The notes below the pieces were generated by a model. The model did no database searches. It saw only the letters and a list, made by a program, of their open reading frames with translations, and was not told the DNA's origin. A stretch of 64,000 nucleotides of DNA from Octopus sinensis. Taxonomy: Eukaryota. The position numbers and the translations under genes were made by a program. Below, one piece after another: positions 13,811-26,339 of this stretch (position 1 is its first letter; the number at the start of each line of letters is the position of its first letter). The stretch is from positions 42,470,001 to 42,534,000 of the forward strand of contig NC_043008.1 in NCBI RefSeq assembly GCF_006345805.1, given 5' to 3'.

Positions 13811-16800
13811 TATTCATTCTTGAAGAAAAGGCGACATTTGCTTGGATTTGAACTTGTGGTCAGTATAATTGAAGACCATTGCATTATTCATAATTGCCGC
13901 TTAGGATTTTCATTTTGATATATTTGGTTGTCACATGAATTCGTTCGCTTTTTCTCTCTTTTTTTTTTAACATTATTAATCCTTTCAAATGTTATTTGCT
14001 ACGAAAAATATTTTTACTGAAATTTTTGAAGGGGTCTTTTTGTGGCTGTGTCCTATCTCAGGAACTTTATTTTTATCGTCTCTGAAATTTGAATAAATTT
14101 CATATTTTATCGAACATAACTCTGACGTGCCAAGAAGGAATAAAGTGAATGAGTTTATTTTAGAATCGAATATTTTCTTAAAATACAAATGAATTACTCT
14201 TCTCCAATATCCATTGTAACTGGAAGTAACACTCTAACATAGATCCGTATATGTATATTGATTGCTGTGAAATGATTAAAGGAGATTTAAGCCTTTACAC
14301 AAATGAATATAGATGTAATTTCAACAGAGGAGGTTAAATAATGTAGTCGTCATTTTATTTTTTTTTTAATAGTTACAGATGTCACATATTTTATTTCGTT
14401 ATAAGATTCTGTTTTTGTAGAAAAAATGTTTTCAATTCCTTTAAGCAATTCATCTAGAATGTATTGAAGATTTATTTTAGCTCACCAAAACAAAATTTTC
14501 ACAAAAAATTCAGACAAAATAGAACAAAATACGCCAAGTGAAAATATATCAGAAAACACTTTAGAAGCAACAATAAAAAATAGCCAGGCTGTATCGCAGT
14601 AAATCTATGGAAAAGAAACAATTGATTAGTTGATAAATTATGTTGGCAATTGGAAATTTATTAGAAATCAAGGCACAGATATATTGATTTGTTATTGATT
14701 AGATCGATAACATTCTTCTTAATAAATACTTACAGCAATCACTGTCAAGTAACAATCTAATATATATTTTGAAATATTTAAACATATACACACATATATA
14801 CAAGAGCATTTTCACACACAGACTCTCCATACACATACATATAGTATGTCCAAGAGTGTGAGAGAAATGAATATTCCCGTCGTTTTTATTCTCACTGTTA
14901 TGTGGGATCACAGTATATAAATATATTCGTTAGCACTTTGGGCAGAATCCTTAGCGGTATTTCGTTAGTCCTTATGTTCTGAGTTCAAATCCCGGTGAGA
15001 CCAACTTTGCGGTTTGTCCTTTCGGGAACGATAAAATAAGTACCAGTTTTGCACTGGGTTCGATATCAGTTTCTCGCTTTGTACCACAATTTGAAACCAA
15101 TATAGGAATAGACCCACAACCTAATCCAGAATATAAAACAATTATTAATTCGATACACAGAAATAATTGCTGAGACCTGCCTCCGCTCAATACCACACTA
15201 TTGCTCTACAAGTTAACGAGTGAGCCTCTATCATGTTGCTTGACCTACTAAGTTTAGCAGTCGCATCACATTGAAACCAAACTCTACCACCTGAGAAGTA
15301 GACACATTGAATTATGCGATTCTTTGTATCTAAAAAAAAAACTGCGTGAATGTCACGGATGATAATTGACCAAGATTTGTGCCAAATATCTGAACAACAT
15401 CATTATTCCGATGTTAGCATATCAGTGTTTAAACATCATAACACTGAGTTGTATTATATCGAAGACAAATGCGGAAGTATGTTTGTCGTTCATGTGTTTC
15501 GTGTTGGCGTTGGTTATCCTCATGTCAGCTGGAATTTAGCAGTAGACACCCACTGCAGAGGTGAGTGTAATTTCTTCTATTCGGAATGCAAAGAATATCC
15601 AAGACTACATTATTAAAACAATACCATGTATACTAAAAATGTTCGGTGCATGTTCTCGGAAGAAAAAAACCGACTATGAACAGACTCCTACTTTCACTCA
15701 TCGATGCATTTGTGAATATTGTGTTAATATGTCGTCTGATTGTTATAGTGTAAAGGTAAGCTTTCATTAAGTTGGATATGTGACAACGTTTCAAATGCCA
15801 GTGAGAGTTGAATCACCTCATTTGCAATGCTAATGTCCTAATGAAAGATCCGAGATAAGACAGAGTCGTTTTTTCTCTCCTCTCTCTCATAATAATTTTG
15901 ATGAGAGAAATCAATATACCAATAACGATTTCCAGACGTACAGAGTATTCTGTCTGTTCTTTAGTAAGTTATTAACAATAGCAGGCTGTATATATTTCAC
16001 TGTGATGTATAACAAACCAATTGAACAACCTCACAATCACTTAATATTTGAGAGAAGAAAGAGAAAAAAACATTCTAGTCTATAAATAATAATAACAAGA
16101 ACAACAACAACACCAACAACAACGATAGTAGTAAATAAGTAAACAAATAAAAAAGCCACATTTAAAATAAACAAGTGAGACGTCGTAGAATTAAGTGGTT
16201 TCGTTTTTTCACAAGTTTATTATACTTATTTAATGGTATTTCCAAATGTGTATTCGTTTTCTTTTCGATAGTATGGTGTGGCAATACATTAACGGCTCTT
16301 TATTAAATTTCTATCACCAGAAATTTAATGGAAACCAAAAACGAGAACAAAAAAAGAGCGAAAATAAAGATAAAAATAATCCTTAATTGTCAATTTTAAT
16401 TCCAGGTGTTTTAACGGCAACATTTCTCACATTTATGCGTGAATGGGTAGAAAATGTGATAAATTCTATAGCAAACTCTTACGGATTGTTACTACATTAT
16501 CGATATTACTTACAGGTTGAATTCTATTCGAAGCAAATGGAAACTCCTGCCAACAAATAGGAAAGAAAATTGAGATTAATGTACACGAATTTCCCACCAC
16601 TTGGTTTAGTAAACACTGGGATGTCGAAACACAACTCAATTCAATTAACTTTGAAATTTAACACAAGAAAACGTTCGAAAATACACGAAATGTAGCGAAT
16701 CGGTAATAAGGTTTAAAGCAGAATGGAGAGTTGAAGAAGCGATTAATCACTTTGTTGCGATGCTTTGGATGAAGGGAAAGGGGTTTCGAGTAGTATTGAC

Positions 16801-18024
16801 GTAAACAATAATGCCAACTTGCTAACATTTTATCTAACCCAATGAATGATGACGATGGTGAAAATAAGTTTTGGCAAATATCTTTCAGTTCTGATTCTAT
16901 TTTGTTTTTTCACCTTACGTAAACGGAATAAACTTTGAATCAACAAGACAGGGCTAAGCTATTTGATTTATTCATGAAATTATGGTTTTGAATTGCTTTG
17001 CAAAACATTTACCTTTAACACTCAACACCGTTAGTAGAGCCACCCCCTCTCTCTCTCACACACACACAGGTGTGTTTGTGTGTAAGTTTCATTATTGAGT
17101 CTAGAAAAGCAAAAATAATGAAAACAAACGAAACAACTTTCACCTACAAAGTGACACCTACAAATTCTTTACTTGTACGTCGCTTCTGTCGTTTTGAATA
17201 TCATGAGACTACCAATGTCAGTATCGACTCAATCCGATTAATACTCGCATCTTTAAACCAATTGATAAAATGCCGTTCAATATGGCGATCAGTATACCAA
17301 AAACGAATTGATGCACGATGTTCTTGTATTATAAAACAGAATCATAAAATATAAAAAAGCTGGGTTAAATTTGATAATTTTGCTATTATAAATCAATTAG
17401 TTTTGGTACGTCAAGGCCATGATTTTTTTGTTGTGTTGGCCATGGTGGAAGTATGGCTATTCTCTTGAGAATGGAATCAGCCAATAATTAATTTACACTT
17501 AATTTACAATATTGATTATATTACTGAAACATATCAGATTAAAATTTACTAATTAGCCGTGAATCCCTAATTTTACAAAAGACGATTTGGGAAGTTGTAC
17601 GTAGTTCCGCAAGTGAGTTTACTCTGCCGTAGAATTATCAGCGGTTATTAAGTTATATTTTAATTCAAAACACACACATACACTCACACACATACAGACA
17701 CATATGCAAACACAGATGCATACAGGCAACCACACAAATACAAATACACGCAAAGACACATGAAGCAGTTGGTCTTGTTCATCGTCAGACGTTATGTATC
17801 TAGGAGTACATCAACCGAAAGACCAATCTATTTTAAAGTAGATTTTTTTTCTACTAATTTTAGCAGAAAAGCAGAGGCGATAAGAGAAAAATCGTTATTG
17901 GTGATAACGACAGTGGTTGATATCGCTGGTTATTTCCGTTCAGAATACTCAAACACGATATGAACAAATTGTTTCTCTTGAGACGAAGCGTATGTTAGAC
18001 CACATCGTCCAATATCTTTTTGCC

Positions 18025-18336
18025 TTTTACGTTTCACTTGTATAAGTCATAAAAGTGCGGCCATGCGGGGGCGCTACCTTCAAGAATTCTTAGACGCGTG
18101 AATCGACCCCAGGAATTATTTCTCTTGTTTTCCTGGCATGTTGCTTATTCTTTTAATCTCTTTTACCCAACCGCCAATGTTACGGGAACCTAAAGACCCA
18201 CACACCAGTCACCAGGCTTTGGTTGGCTCGGAGCTATAGAAGAAGATAGTCGAACAAGGTGCCACGTAGTGGAATTGAAACCGGAACCATGTGGTTGGGA
18301 AGCAGGCTTCTTCCTACACAGCCACGCCTGCGCCTA
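18025..18336 (-). mobile_element. Family A SINE, degenerate
   Basis: GGTGCCACGTAGTGGAATTGAAACCGGAACCATGTGG...ACACAGCCACGCCTGCGCCT. Confidence 0.75.
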
Positions 18337-19134
18337 CATCCCCATCAATTTTTGAATAGAAACGTATGATTCGAAATTAAAATCCAATACAGGCAGTAAA
18401 AAATGTGATTTTATTTATTGCTAGAGATTTCGAGGCTGGAACTTTGATGATTGAGCAGAGCCGCTTGGTAGCGCTATTGATTGTAGGAATTTGGGGGAAT
18501 GGCTGCTTTCTCTAATAAGCATAGGGATGACATCGTTATCAGAATTGTCTGTTTCGTTAATAACTGGAAAGCGATAAAAATATGTGTACAAATGAGAATG
18601 CTTATGCGTTCAATTATTTATTTATACATTAAAATAAAATTAACAGATTAATTAATCAAAATTGCTATTATCCATTTATAAACTTTTGTGTCAGGATCCC
18701 ATATAATCTTTTAAAAAAGCTCATTTATATTAATTTCGATATTGCCTTTTATCTTAATTAATTAATTATTAAATTGTTATACGGTAACATTCCATTCAAT
18801 TGTACTGGAATAACGGATAAGATGCAAAGGCATTCATGCGTTTCTCAGATGATAAATTACACGTAAGAAGTCAAATACTTTCGCACAGGAATTGCTATAA
18901 TCTATATTGCCATGCTCACAATAATTAATTAATTACGTAACGAATTACTTCATTAATTATATATACGCTGAATTGTTTATATTCTTTTAATTATCAGTGT
19001 TGCATTATTATGTATTCAGATTATTTTTTTTTATTCTTCAATGCTATAAAATCGATCGATGACAGAATCGATAAAGCATGCGATGGCATAGGATACGACA
19101 TTTCAATTTACTTCTCAATATTGTGAGTTCAAAC

Positions 19135-19345
19135 GGCAGCGAGCTGGCAGAAACGTTAGCACGCCGGGCGAAATGCTTTGCGGTATTTCGTCCGCTGCTG
19201 CGTTCTGAGTTCAAATTCTGCCGAGATCGACTTTGTCGTTCATCCTTTCGGGGTCGATAAATTAAATAACAGTTACGCACTGGGGTCAATATAATCGATT
19301 TAATCCCTTCCCCCAAATTTGAGGCATTGTGCTTCCAGTAGAAAG
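19135..19345 (+). mobile_element. Family B SINE
   Basis: GGCAGCGAGCTGGCAGAAACGTTAGCACGCCGGGCGAAATGC...GGGGTCGATAAATTAA. Confidence 0.85.
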
Positions 19346-19704
19346 GATTATTATTGTTTTTGTTGTTTTAGTTGTTATGGTGACGACCTTGCAAAATCGT
19401 GAGTACGCCGGAAAAATCCTTAGCAGCCTTTCCTTCATCCTCTCGTTCTGCGATCTTCAAATTTCATCCTTTCAGGATCGAGCACTGGAGTAGATGTAAT
19501 CGACTTATTCCACTCCTGGCACTTGCTGCCCTTGTGCCAAACTGTGAAATAAATATTGCGAGTTCAAACCCAATCTATGCGTATTTGACCGATCATCTCT
19601 CTAGTTATCAACCAATTGCAGGTTATTGAGAAAGACTTAATCAGTGAGAGCCTACACACAAGGATTTAAGGATTTGTTAGAAGAAAAATCAAAAAACAAA
19701 TTTT

Positions 19705-20110
19705 CGGCTTTGTGGTATGAAGTTTGCTTCCCAATCACATGGTCTCGGTTTCAGTCCTACTCTGTTGTGTTTTTGGCATGTGTCTTCTACACTAGCATGG
19801 GGCCAGCCAATGCATGTATGTATATATATATGTGTCTGTATGTATGTGTATGTGTATGTGTGTGCAGGTGTCAGCGTGTATGTGAGTGAGTGTGTGCATG
19901 TGGTGCGTGTCATTGTTCACAGCCACCGCTTGAGAACCGGTGTTCATGTGTTTACGTCCTCGTAAACTAGCAGTTCGGCAAATGAGTCCCGAAAGCATAA
20001 GAACGAGGCTTTAAAGCAAAAAATTACTGAGATCAATTCATTCGACTAAGACCCTTTGAAGGCGGTGCCCCAGAATGGTCGAGGTCTAATGACTGAAATA
20101 ATCGAAAGAT
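19705..20110 (+). mobile_element. Family A SINE, degenerate
   Basis: Head GCTTCCCAATCACATGGTCTCGGTTTCAGTCC; tail GGCGGTGCCCCAGAATGG...AATGACTGAAA. Confidence 0.72.
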
Positions 20111-21099
20111 AAAAGACCCCGTAGGTTTTTTTTTATATATACAGTCTTGTAATGTTAGTCTTCTTGCTATCGGAGTTAAGGCATTGATATATTTGTTGTT
20201 GTTGTTGTTGTGTTTAGTATCGGCGGTTGAAAGAGACTATGATATCAATAACACTAGAAATGGTAAATGAACAGAAATCAATGATTGAAATCTGTGATCC
20301 ACTTTCAAAATGGGACTCGAATAGGTTTTAATGAAGTCCTGTTTCACTTTATTCGACCTCAATTTTCGGCATATTCAGTTAATAATCCTTTTAAAACGAT
20401 CACAACTTTCCAAGTCAAACTGGTGTTTAAGGAGCTTCTACGCGGCCCTTTCACATGCTTCTTGAAATTATAACACTACAGACTTATAAACAGGAAGGAT
20501 ATCTTCAAATATAGTTTATTTCTAAGAAGAGGAAGAATGGTCACGATTGGATTACGATAGGTTTACTGATCCAGGAATTGTCTACACCTAAAGAACAACA
20601 ACTCTTTTTAAATGTGGGAGTTCGTTATAAAGCTGAAACATTAATCTTCGTGATACAGTTTCTTATTTTTGTTATTCTCGGATCCCAGCTCTGAGATATA
20701 ATACCTTATCAACGGAATAATTTATACGAATTTTAATAAAATCCCATTTTTGGCGTTGAACTATTCAGTATTTAAATGTTACTGCAGTTCTTGTATTTGT
20801 GCCTTGCCTTCGATAACGTATCCATTGATACAACTCAACAGGCTGTAGTAATGGCAAGGCAATTAACAATAGTAATTAGATTTCATATGTTATCTTTACG
20901 CTTGAAAGTACAATTAGTGGTCGTGGCTAGAAGCAGTATGGAATCGAAATGAATCACCGTCATCTCTGAATATACACAAATGCAGTTTCCATTTAAATTT
21001 CAAGCGAGCTCGCTTCAATTACGTCATTCGACGAATTACAGCGTGCAGCGGGAAAACGTTCAACATTTTACACAGCCATTGGTGCAGTATAAAGAATTA

Positions 21100-21425
21100 G
21101 GCGCAGGTGTGGCTATGTGGTAAGTTTGCTTCACAACTACAAGATTCTGGGTTCATTCCCTCTGCGTGGCACCTTGGGCAAGTGTCTTCTATAATTTAGG
21201 GCTGACTAAAGCCTCATGAGTGGATTTGGTAGAGGAAAATTAAAAGAAACTCGTAGTATATATTGTACCTGGATGTTTGTGTGTGTGAGTGTCTTTGCGG
21301 TTGCGTTTGCCCTCTTCACTGCATGACAACCGGTGTTGGTGTGTTTAAGTCCTCGTACTTTTAGCGGTTCGGAGGAAAAGAGACGAATAAAATAATTATC
21401 AGGCTTTAAAAAGAAATGTCCTGGG
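21100..21425 (+). mobile_element. Family A SINE, degenerate
   Basis: AGGCGCAGGTGTGGCTATGTGGTAAG...GCGTGGCACCTTGGGCAAGTGTCTTCT. Confidence 0.75.
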
Positions 21426-22264
21426 GTCTATTCATGCTTCTAAAACTTCTTGACGCTGGTGCCGTAGCATGGCCACGGCGTAATGACTGAAAAATATTAA
21501 AATTAAGAAAAGCAGCAAAGGATTTAGTTGTTTTTCCTTTTAAAGTTCTCTTCCTGGTCTGGTTTGAAGCTGACCTTGTGGTTGCTGTCGAAACGTTTGT
21601 CAAATGTTTAAATTGTGGGATGTATTTTGTGCCATTCAGCATTATATAAGATAGAACATAGTGTTCACAATCTGATCGGTCGGAAAAAAAACATTGTACC
21701 TTTTCCCTTTTACTTGTTTCAATCATTAGACTGCGGCCATGCTGGAGCAACGTCTACGAGAACTATTAGTCGAATGGATCGATATTAGTACTTATTTGTT
21801 TTTTAAAGCCTAGTCACTGTAATTGGGTCGTCGCACACAAAAACAACTGCAGTGTCTTCCGGTCAGAAAATATTCAGATATTTTGTTCATATAGACTGAT
21901 CACATGCACGCTGAACTTAAATCTTTAGCATTTGGTCACTCGAATGATCCACCATAGAATAGGCATTGCATTGTATTAGATTCGTTTTGCTTATATTGTA
22001 ATGACCATTATTTATGCCTTGTCTTATATATATACACGCGTGTGTGCTTTTGTATGTATGTGTGTGTATGTATGTATATTTGGTTGTCCTCTTTATTAAA
22101 CTGGAGAAATGAACAAAATATCTCCTGATGATGACACTCTATACATTTCATACAGTAAACATAGTTGGTGATTGAGTTGACCGAGGTATCAACCTTTCTT
22201 TCAATGGGTTATTTTTCAAGATTTGTTAAAGAAGCTATTAAATGTATCTTGTATATTTATATAC

Positions 22265-22342
<78 letters not shown>

Positions 22343-23146
22343 GAAAGTGAAAGAGAGAGAGAATACAGATGATATACCTGAGCTATTGCAAGTTTCATGT
22401 ATTAATTGTACAGTAATCTGACGAGCATGAATGTTGTATGGCTCACGATACGGCAGTTGATCAGCCTGAACGATCAAAGCTACAAAGTGAGGAAGAGGGG
22501 GAACAATATGTAAACATTTTTCAGCAAACCTTCAGAGCTGTGGGCATATTTTCGCCAAGGAATCAAGGTTTCCACTTTAATGCAGTAAGGGATGAATAGT
22601 ACTGATTAATTGTAAATATATTATCAATATTCATTATTTCATATATAACGCTAGTAAATGGTGGTGCCCCAGCATGGCCACAGCTCGTGAGCTGAAACTA
22701 GATAAAATAAAAAATAAATAAAATGTACCTCATGGGATTCGTCGAATAATGATAAGGCTAAAGCACGTCCAACTGTGTGCCTAATCGTGCGAAAGTACTT
22801 TACAGTTCCTTAAGATAACTTTGTCGTCTTGCATACACGTGGTATGAATTTCTGGTGATAGTTTTTACACTATACGTCTTTCAACGGTTAAACGAACATT
22901 ACTAGGATTCAATAGTGACAATCTTCCCCCTTTTGCTTCGTGTTATTTTCGTAATTTGCTCTCACCGCTTCTCGGGGAGAAGCCATGCGAATGCACACTA
23001 CACTATATAAGACTGTCAGATAAACTGCATAATCTGAAGTACCTCGCGAATAAATCCTCTATTCATCAAATGATATTTATCTCTGGTAGTATTGAATACT
23101 TTTTTACTGATCTTATTAGCTGAGGATAATTAAGCTATATGCGCGC

Positions 23147-23177
<31 letters not shown>

Positions 23178-23204
23178 ACATGCATACATACATGCATACG
23201 TATA

Positions 23205-23245
23205 CAGAGAGATAGACAGACAGACACATAAACAGATAGAGAGAT

Positions 23246-23296
<51 letters not shown>

Positions 23297-23340
23297 TAGA
23301 CAGATAAATAAATAGCTAGCTAGCTAGCTAGCTAGCTAGC

Positions 23341-23425
<85 letters not shown>
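23205..23425. repeat. (GATA)n/(GACA)n/(GCTA)n compound microsatellite
   Basis: Seen directly. Confidence 0.95.
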
Positions 23426-23427
<2 letters not shown>

Positions 23428-24335
23428 ACAAACAGTTCTGAGAAATATACTGTAGGTTAGCTCAAACAACTTAGTGAGACATTTTAACTTATAAAATCAA
23501 TTTCACTGAAGTTTACTGAGGAGAAAAAAACTTGCTAATAGGAAAAGGTAATAATACAGCATTATGAGATCTGGGGCCTCCTCTCTGGAGCCCCTGATGT
23601 ATTTCTGGCTCTTTATACTGTTCTATATGAGTGTGTGTGTGCATAAATGTATAAGAGACTGTAATCATACATAATATTCACGATTGCTTTAATTTACATC
23701 ACATTATGTCTCATACATCTTTCGCTGAATGCTATCAAATACGTAATATTATATCGTACGTTTCAATCGCTTTATTTTAGAATAGAGAATTCATTTAATT
23801 TTGCAGTTTAAAAAAGAAAAATTAACTGAGACAAGCAATGAAATATTCTAATGGACAAAAACAAACACGTCTCCATTCTACTGGAGTCTTACCAACTGTT
23901 CAAATAAAACAGAATATTTCCGTGGTTTTGTGTTTCAAAATTTCATTTATTAAAACCCGCCACTTAGAAACTAAGCGCAAAAACTCAGATGAATATTTTA
24001 AATCTTTGTCTTTCTTCTATCAAATTCAATATTCATATTTTTTCCTTCTTTCTCTCTTCTGTATATATATACTGTTTATTTATGCATCGCTCTTTCGTCA
24101 TCTGACTTCAAATTGGCGCTATTTGATAAGTGAAAATTATGGTAGATTAAAAGCGCTGCTAATGTTACGGAAACATATTGTCTAGTTCTTGTTTCCTCTC
24201 ACAATAACACTTTCCGTTGAGTAACTAAGGTAATGATGGGAAGGGTGTTAAGGTATTGAGATGCAATCAAATATGAGGACATACATGCACATACACACAG
24301 CACATACTCACGTATACACACAACACATATCTATC

Positions 24336-24853
24336 TAGAGGGCGCGCAATGGTATTTGAGGACATACTGTATTTTGGGTCATTGTTGCATGTTTTGCTAA
24401 CTGTATAATGTTTGTTTCAGAAGATAATAATGGCAGACACTCAGCTTCTCAAGAAATGAAGAGACATGCTGTTATTTTGGTTGTAAAGGCTGAGCATAGC
24501 GATTTAGAAATATCTCGACAGTTCAAATTTGCTAGATCTTTCGTGTACAAAGTTTGTAAGAGCTAGATACTGAAGATGGAAATGTATCACCAGTATCAAA
24601 GCATAAAAGCATTCTAAACGCTCTGAAATTATCAGAACACCTGACTTTATCCAACAAGTTGAATTGATTACAATTCCAGAAAGTCCATGAGGTCACATGC
24701 AAGAAGGAACAGTCAGAAATATTGTCCTCGAAGACATCAGATATAAATATTATATGATAAGGAATGGTCAATTTGTCAGAAAAAGCAAAAGAAAATCAAT
24801 ACACCAAATCGAAAAGGCTAAAAAAACCAGCAGAAGAAGATTTGATTTGGTTT
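24336..24853 (+). mobile_element. Degenerate Tc1/mariner-superfamily (maT/DD37D-like) transposon, 5' part, ending at the (TA)n next to the hammerhead array
   Basis: Frameshifted translation from 24456: MKRHAVILVVKAEHSDLEISRQFKFARSFVYKVCK...EGTVRNIVLEDIRYKYYMIRNGQF...PAEEDLIWF. This resembles the maT-type HTH and the region before the first catalytic Asp. Confidence 0.72.
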
Positions 24854-25053
24854 ATATATATATATATATATACTAAGCAATAAGGGTTTAGCAACGAATT
24901 GCCTTACCACATACCGAATTTAGAAATAGCAGTCAAAGGGTTATAGCTATTTCTTCTACTAAAAAGGGAGATCTCAGTAAAAACAGCATTGGAAGGCAGA
25001 CACAAACAGGTAAGAGAGAATGAATTGACTGCAATCTATCATACATTTTTTTA

Positions 25054-25167
25054 GTTATCCACGGACGTACGTTTCGAAATCAAGTTTTTAGGAAGCATAA
25101 GAATTAAATATTAAATATTAAATAATTCTATCTTACCGAAACTTCTTTTCTCTTCAGCGTAGAATAC
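25054..25167 (-). ncRNA. Type I hammerhead ribozyme, copy 1 of the ~598-nt repeat
   Basis: Minus strand: stem I UCUACG (25163-25158); CUGAAGA (25157-25151); stem II GAAA-ag-AAGUUU...AAACUU-ga-UUUC; GAAA (25075-25072); C-GUAC-G-U-C17 (25064); stem I' CGUGGA (25063-25058). All core nucleotides and helices were checked by eye. Confidence 0.88.
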
Positions 25168-25651
25168 TATAATCATAAATGATTATATATTGAATTTTGA
25201 GATACCAGAAGGCACCAACTCAACTCAGTATCAGAGCGAGCTAGAATCCGCAACTGGTATCACCGAATTCAATTTGTGAATGAAACGATTGTGTCAACAT
25301 CCCCTTCCCACCCGCGTGTAGCCAAAACAAGATGCTGTGGTCATCTACTGAGATAAAATATGGTTATCCGTAATAATGAAGGTGAAATTAATTAATTTGG
25401 AAAAATTATCAATTACACCAAGTAGTCTTCGGCATGTAAAAGCCTCATTCGAGGAAAATTTAAGTAATACTAAGCAATAAGGGTTTAGCAACGAATTGCC
25501 TTACCACATACCGAATTTAGAAATAGCAGTCAAAGGGTTATAGCTATTTCTTCTACTAAAAAGGGAGATCTCAGTAAAAACAGCATTTGGAAGGCAGACA
25601 CAAACAGGTAAGAGAGAATGAATTGACTGCAATCTATCATACATTTTTTTA

Positions 25652-25766
25652 GTTATCCACGGACGTACGTTTCGAAATCAAGTTTTTAGGAAAGCATAAG
25701 AATTAAATATTAAATATTAAATAATTCTATCTTACCGAAACTTCTTTTCTCTTCAGCGTAGAATAC
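25652..25766 (-). ncRNA. Type I hammerhead ribozyme, copy 2 of the ~598-nt repeat
   Basis: Same core as copy 1: CUGAAGA at 25756-25750, then GAAACGUACGUC with C17 at 25662. There is one extra base inside the long stem II loop. Confidence 0.88.
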
Positions 25767-26339
25767 TATAATCATAAATGATTATATATTGAATTTTGAG
25801 ATACCAGAAGGCACCAACTCAACTCAGTATCAGAGCGAGCTAGAATCCGCAACTGGTATCACCGAATTCAATTTGTGAATGAAACGATTGTGTCAACATC
25901 CCCTTCCCACCCGCGTGTAGCCGAAACAAGATGCTGTGGTCATCTACTGAGATAAAATATGGTTATCCGTAATAATGAAGGGTGAAATTAATTAATTTGG
26001 AAAAATTATCAATTACACCAAGTAGTCTTCGGCATGTAAAAGCCTCATTCGAGGAAAATTTAAGTAATACTAAGCAATAAGGGTTTAGCAACGAATTGCC
26101 TTACCACATACCGAATTTAATGATTAAATCACCTTGGGAAACTCTTTCTACGAAGCCCAGGGCAGCCATGATCATGAAGATATATGGGGAAAATCATTGT
26201 AGCCGTAACCAGACATATTCAAATAGACTGCTGGAAGTGATTTGCCGAAGACGTTCCACTGGGACAGGCTAAAGTATCGGAAGATCTACTCCTTAGCGAG
26301 AAGACCTAAAAGATATGCAGTGTTATACATAAGAATGAT

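Larger units (their letters stand above)
24871..26119 (-). mobile_element. Retrozyme-like / Penelope-like terminal-repeat array: 2 full units (597 and 600 bp) plus a 52-bp partial unit
   Basis: The unit start TACTAAGCAATAAGGG recurs at 24871, 25468 and 26068. The full units differ by 3 single-base homopolymer indels and 1 substitution. Each has one hammerhead and no ORF of 60 aa or more. The left flank is (TA)n. Confidence 0.8.

Noticed and set aside
24871-26119. CRISPR or prokaryotic-system interpretation of the direct repeats
   Set aside because: The context is eukaryotic, and the units are about 600 bp with no unique spacers.
26121-26330. Possible mariner HTH remnant (IYGEN...FAE...GRS)
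   Set aside because: Too degenerate to support without an alignment.
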